In this document: one piece after another, positions 60,590 through 64,000 of the stretch
How positions within the stretch are numbered: position 1 is the first letter of the stretch
How the letters are laid out: each line of letters opens with the position of its first letter
Assembly (NCBI GenBank): GCA_028868375.1
Contig: JAGWUP010000002.1
Coordinates: 25,841 to 89,840, forward strand
DNA length: 64,000 nucleotides
Source: Elusimicrobiota bacterium
Lineage (GTDB): Bacteria > Elusimicrobiota > Elusimicrobia > UBA1565 > UBA9628
Reading direction: 5' to 3'
The notes under the pieces: generated by a model
Databases searched by the model: none
What the model saw: the letters and a program-made list of their open reading frames with translations, nothing else
What the model was told of the DNA's origin: nothing
Made by a program: the position numbers and the translations under genes

Positions 60590-63040
60590 ATGACAGCGTC
60601 CCCGGCGCATCGCGGTTTAGCCCTTCTCGTTTCCATAGCCTTGCTGTGCCCCGGGCCTTCCTGGGGCGCGGGTTTCGAGGGCGAGGCGGCGGGAGAGTCT
60701 TTCTCGGCTCTGCGGATACCCCCGTCGGCATGGACGCTGGAGCGCGTCGATCCTGGGCAGCTTGATCCTCGCCTGGCCGGCTGGGCGCGCGCCCGATCCC
60801 TGCCGTTGCGCTCGGCGCCGGCCGCCTCGGCGCTTCCTATTTCTTCTTTCGAGCTCGGCGCCCTGCGCGCGCCGCAAGCCCGGCGCTCGCGCCCCCGCCT
60901 CTCGGCCTTGAGCATGGAGCGCTTGGGGCGGGCCCTGTCGTCCTCCGGCCTTTCTCGGCGCTCGGCCGTCTTGGGCCGGCTCTTCGACAAGCTGCAATTG
61001 AGGTCCTCCGGCGAGGCATCCGGCGGCGCCGCGCAGCCGGAGTCGGAGGGAGCCTCCAGCTCGCAGGAGGCCGCGGCGCTTCACGAGGCTTGGGAGCGCT
61101 CCGCTCGTGAGGCCGAGGAGGAGTTCCAGGGCCGGGTCGCGGCGTTCCGGGAAGGCCGCTTCGGCCTGAGGATGGGCACGGCCCAGAGGGGCCAGCGGCT
61201 GATGCTCGTCGGCTCCTACACCCTGGACGGCGAGCCGTTCGATCCGCAAGCGCTGGCCGGAGAGCCCGCCCGGCAGTGGGAGGCGGCCAAGCCAAAGCTC
61301 GAGCGGGCGATGGAGAGCTTCGCCAAGGAATACAAGGAGCTGCTGGAGAATCGGGAGGCGGAGCATCGCGCGGTCCATCGCCGGATGGCGGCGCTGGAGC
61401 GCAAGGCCGCGGAGAGGCGGGCGCGGGCTCTGCTGCGCGCGGGCTCGGATCTGCAGGCATGGGGCTTGCCCAACCTCATCTCGATCAACCAGAAGACGAG
61501 GCTGCGCTACACGCGCCTCTACCGCCTCAACGGGGCGCCCACGGACCTGGGCCTGGCGCTGCACGAGGTGCTGCTTCCCCTCGTGGAGGCCGATCCGGGC
61601 TTCTTGGGCGGGGTTTCCCAGGGCCAGCTGCACCGGGCCGTCCAGGCGGTCTACGACAGCCTGAAATACAGGCGCGACGACCAGTCCCTGGACTTGCAGA
61701 AGCTGATCCGCCTGGGCCTTCCGTTCGATGAAGGCTACGATCATCCGCGAGAAAGGCAGGCGCTTCTGGGGGACGCGCGCAAGATCTTGACCAACCCGGA
61801 GCAAATCCCCTCGGCTTCCGCCGGGCTGGGGGAGGTCCCGCCGGAGCTTCGTCCGGCCGCGGTGATGATGGAGACGCTGCAGTCGACCTACAAGACGCTG
61901 TCGGAAAAAATGGAGGCCGGCGCCTCCCAAGAGGAGCTGGAGCCCTTAGGCGAGCTGCTGCGGGCGCTGCATGCGGCCACCGGCGTTCCGATTGACGAGG
62001 GCTACGTTCCGCTGCGGCACGCCTATCTGCGCCCCATCCTCGCGGAATTGCGGCGCCGTAACGCTCCCGAGGAAGTCGTCTCCGCAGTCATCCGCTCCTT
62101 CCCATTGGGAGAGAGCCTGCTCAGGCTGGGCGTCCACAAGGCCTGGGAGCGGGGCTTCACCGGCAAGGGCGTCAAGATCGCCGTCGTCGACAACGGGGTC
62201 GATTTTAGGCATCCGGACCTCTCTGACGTCCCCAACGCGAGCAAGGTCAATCTGACGCGCGACGACGGCGACGAGGAAAACGGCGGGCACGCCACGCCGA
62301 TGGCCTCCATCCTCCACGCCATCGCTCCCGAGGCGGAACTGCAGTCCTACCAGGTGCTCTCGAACTCCTCTCTGCCCGGCGTGGCGCTGAGCGCGGCGGA
62401 GACCGACCAAGCCCTGGAGCGGGCGCTGGATCTGGCCGCGGAGAACGGCGCCAACATCGTCAGCATGAGCTTGGGCGCGGCGATGGGCTATTCCAACGAC
62501 CGCCTGGCCAAGAAGATCGAGGAGCTGGCCTCCCGCGGCATCGTCGTCGTCGTCGCCGCGGGCAACGAGGGCGACCGCATGCCGCCGGATTTCCAACTGA
62601 GCACGCCGGGAACGGCTCCCTTGGCGATCACGGTGGGCGCCGTCGACTACCATGGCCGCAAGGCGGATTTCTCCTCCGAGGGGCGGGTCTGGAATCCGGA
62701 CGCGGGTTCTTTCGCGCGCAAGCCGGACCTCGCCAGTTTCGGCGGCAACATCAAGGCCGCGATGCAGCTGCCGCTGGCCGGCTACCAGAGCGAGCCGGTG
62801 CCCTTCGAGTACGGCTCCGGCACCTCGCCGGCGACGCCCCATGTGGCCGCCGTCATCGCGTTGATGCTGCAGGCCGCGGCCTCCGCGGGTTGCGCCTCGG
62901 CCGGGGCCGAGACGACGGCCGAGGCCTTGGAGGCGCTGCTGGCGGCTTGCCGCCTGGAGCCGTTGGCCGACGGAGAGGCGATGCCGGTGCTAGACGACGC
63001 GGTCAAGGCCGTCGAGGCGTTCGTGGCGCGGTTGAGATAG
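60590..63040 (+). CDS. secreted S8 (subtilisin-like) serine peptidase with ~510-aa unassigned N-terminal region
   Basis: Signal peptide. Triad motifs VVDNGVD (Asp codon 62189), GGHATPMA, GSGTSPATPHVAA. AAAGGAGA Shine-Dalgarno site. Confidence 0.85.
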   Translation: MTASPAHRGLALLVSIALLCPGPSWGAGFEGEAAGESFSALRIPPSAWTLERVDPGQLDPRLAGWARARSLPLRSAPAASALPISSFELGALRAPQARRSRPRLSALSMERLGRALSSSGLSRRSAVLGRLFDKLQLRSSGEASGGAAQPESEGASSSQEAAALHEAWERSAREAEEEFQGRVAAFREGRFGLRMGTAQRGQRLMLVGSYTLDGEPFDPQALAGEPARQWEAAKPKLERAMESFAKEYKELLENREAEHRAVHRRMAALERKAAERRARALLRAGSDLQAWGLPNLISINQKTRLRYTRLYRLNGAPTDLGLALHEVLLPLVEADPGFLGGVSQGQLHRAVQAVYDSLKYRRDDQSLDLQKLIRLGLPFDEGYDHPRERQALLGDARKILTNPEQIPSASAGLGEVPPELRPAAVMMETLQSTYKTLSEKMEAGASQEELEPLGELLRALHAATGVPIDEGYVPLRHAYLRPILAELRRRNAPEEVVSAVIRSFPLGESLLRLGVHKAWERGFTGKGVKIAVVDNGVDFRHPDLSDVPNASKVNLTRDDGDEENGGHATPMASILHAIAPEAELQSYQVLSNSSLPGVALSAAETDQALERALDLAAENGANIVSMSLGAAMGYSNDRLAKKIEELASRGIVVVVAAGNEGDRMPPDFQLSTPGTAPLAITVGAVDYHGRKADFSSEGRVWNPDAGSFARKPDLASFGGNIKAAMQLPLAGYQSEPVPFEYGSGTSPATPHVAAVIALMLQAAASAGCASAGAETTAEALEALLAACRLEPLADGEAMPVLDDAVKAVEAFVARLR

Positions 63041-63044
63041 GCTC

Positions 63045-63563
63045 TTAGTAAACGGCGTTCCAGTCGCGGCTCGTCATGTGGAACTCGACGCGGCGGTTGA
63101 GGGCGCGGCCCTCAGGCGTGGCGTTGGTGGCGATGGGTTTGGAGAACCCGTAGCCGCGGTAGCGGATCGAGGGCGGGGGCACGCCCCGCTGGACCAGGTA
63201 GGCCTTCACCGACTTGGCCCGCCGCAGCGACAGGTCCAGGTTGTAGGGCTCGCTGCCGATGTTGTCGGTGTGGGCCCACACCATCATGTGCGCCTTGGGG
63301 TAGTTCAGCATGAGGTCAGCGATGGCGTCCAGCGTCGGGTAGGAGGACAATTGCAGCTTGTCCGAATCGAACCGGAACTGGATGCGGGGCAGCTCGCCCC
63401 GCTTGATGCGCGCGATGATGAGGGCAAGCTCCTCCTGGGGCGAGCGCAATCCGATCGGCTGCCCCGGCTTCTCCTTGGTTCCGACGTAGATGACCTTGCC
63501 GTGTCCCCAGCCCCAGGCCGCCGCCGTCGCGGCCAGGATGAGTGGCAGCAGTCTTGCGAGCAT
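63045..63563 (-). CDS. OmpA-family peptidoglycan-associated protein
   Basis: Signal MLARLLPLILAATAAAWG. OmpA_C motifs IQFRFDSDKL..HTDNIGSEPYNLDLSLRRA..NRRVEF. The longer ORF start was rejected because it overlaps the tRNA. Confidence 0.85.
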   Translation of the reverse strand: MLARLLPLILAATAAAWGWGHGKVIYVGTKEKPGQPIGLRSPQEELALIIARIKRGELPRIQFRFDSDKLQLSSYPTLDAIADLMLNYPKAHMMVWAHTDNIGSEPYNLDLSLRRAKSVKAYLVQRGVPPPSIRYRGYGFSKPIATNATPEGRALNRRVEFHMTSRDWNAVY

Positions 63564-63628
63564 GAAACTAGTGTAGCCCCTCTCGCGGGGAGGGCGCAAG
63601 CGCGGCGGCGGACCTGGCGGGGAATTGT

Positions 63629-63636
63629 TATAAAAT
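63629..63636 (+). promoter_or_regulatory. AT-rich -10 (TATAAAAT) 8 nt before the tRNA-Pro 5' end
   Basis: TATAAAAT at 63629-63636. Confidence 0.35.
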
Positions 63637-63644
63637 GCCCCTGT

Positions 63645-63717
63645 CGGGGCATAGCTCAATTGGCAGAGCGCCTGCTTTGGGAGCAGGAGGTTCCCGGTTC
63701 GAGACCGGGTGCCCCGA
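63645..63717 (+). tRNA. tRNA-Pro (anticodon UGG)
   Basis: Manual cloverleaf: acceptor CGGGGCA/TGCCCCG, D stem GCTC/GAGC, anticodon stem CCTGC/GCAGG with loop TTTGGGA (TGG at 63678-63680), T arm CCCGG-TTCGAGA-CCGGG. No encoded CCA. Confidence 0.9.
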
Positions 63718-64000
63718 TGCCCGAGCGCCGTCGGCGCCGCGCCTTGCGGCGGCGCAGGCGCTCGATCGAGCGCCTGCGCTGCGAGGTTTGCGGCGACAGG
63801 CGCATCTCGACGCGGTCGATCAACTCCCGCAGGGCGAGGAAGCGGTTGACGGTGCGCCGGCGCTCCCGCCGGCAGGCGACGCGCAGCTCGAGCGGGGGAT
63901 AGTAGAGCTGGACTCGGTTGGAGGTCTTGTTGACTTTCTGCCCGCCCTTGCCGCCCCCGCGCGAGAAGGTCTCCTCGATGGCCGCCGCCTCTACGCCCAA
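63656..64000 (-). CDS. RF-1-domain (GGQ) protein, ArfB-like ribosome rescue/peptidyl-tRNA hydrolase (5' end outside window)
   Basis: GGGKGGQKVNKTSN GGQ motif, followed by an Arg-rich tail. The reading frame runs antisense into tRNA-Pro. Confidence 0.7.
   Translation of the reverse strand: MGVEAAAIEETFSRGGGKGGQKVNKTSNRVQLYYPPLELRVACRRERRRTVNRFLALRELIDRVEMRLSPQTSQRRRSIERLRRRKARRRRRSGIGAPGLEPGTSCSQSRRSAN

Noticed and set aside
63564-63659. Longer start for the OmpA-family ORF (MSYAPTGAFYNN..).
   Set aside because: It would overlap tRNA-Pro and its promoter. The internal Met gives a normal signal peptide.

Overview
GC-rich bacterial chromosomal segment. Third codon positions are almost all G/C, so long spurious antisense ORFs occur throughout. 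There are about 60 tightly packed genes, many with ATGA/GTGA start-stop overlaps.

Housekeeping blocks:
- suf Fe-S operon tail (sufD-sufS-sufU-DUF59-Rrf2-Nfu), then PHP/GDPD/nadA
- divergent htpX and P5C dehydrogenase
- msrB-folD-panE
- rpsF-ssb-rpsR-rplI-dnaB-alr
- mlaEFD-radA
- PIN/TRAM-ispDF-cysS-rlmB-CDF-TPK-lexA
- smc
- trxA-polA-rhomboid-coaE-rho-trmL
- tRNA-Pro(UGG)

Two accessory regions stand out:
1. About 8.95-13.05 kb holds three secreted hypothetical proteins. One is a 713-aa HExxH protein, and one gene has visibly lower GC.
2. About 39.9-54.1 kb is a same-strand run of unassignable genes. It encodes an ATP-grasp protein, two paralogous giant proteins (HAD-like plus RecB/Cas4-like PD-(D/E)xK modules, one intact and one degenerate), an MFS-like protein with a 240-aa low-complexity N-terminus, a canonical HAD phosphatase, small secreted or duplicated proteins, and two tandem orphan CheY-like receivers. 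Most start with a signal-peptide-like segment followed by an Ala/Pro/Gly-rich linker. This is my best candidate for an undescribed system.

Other hidden signals:
- a recurrent intergenic motif TAGGNCCWWWG with shared promoter-region modules
- a 21-nt perfect direct repeat bracketing the HAD gene
- a structured leader or sRNA with a terminator hairpin ahead of receiver 2
- widespread leaderless promoter architecture (-10 hexamer 6-10 nt before the start codon)
- a Cheo-type SOS box inside the lexA promoter

I saw no rRNA, CRISPR array, transposase, integrase, reverse transcriptase or phage genes. All family calls come from motif recognition by eye, with no database search.
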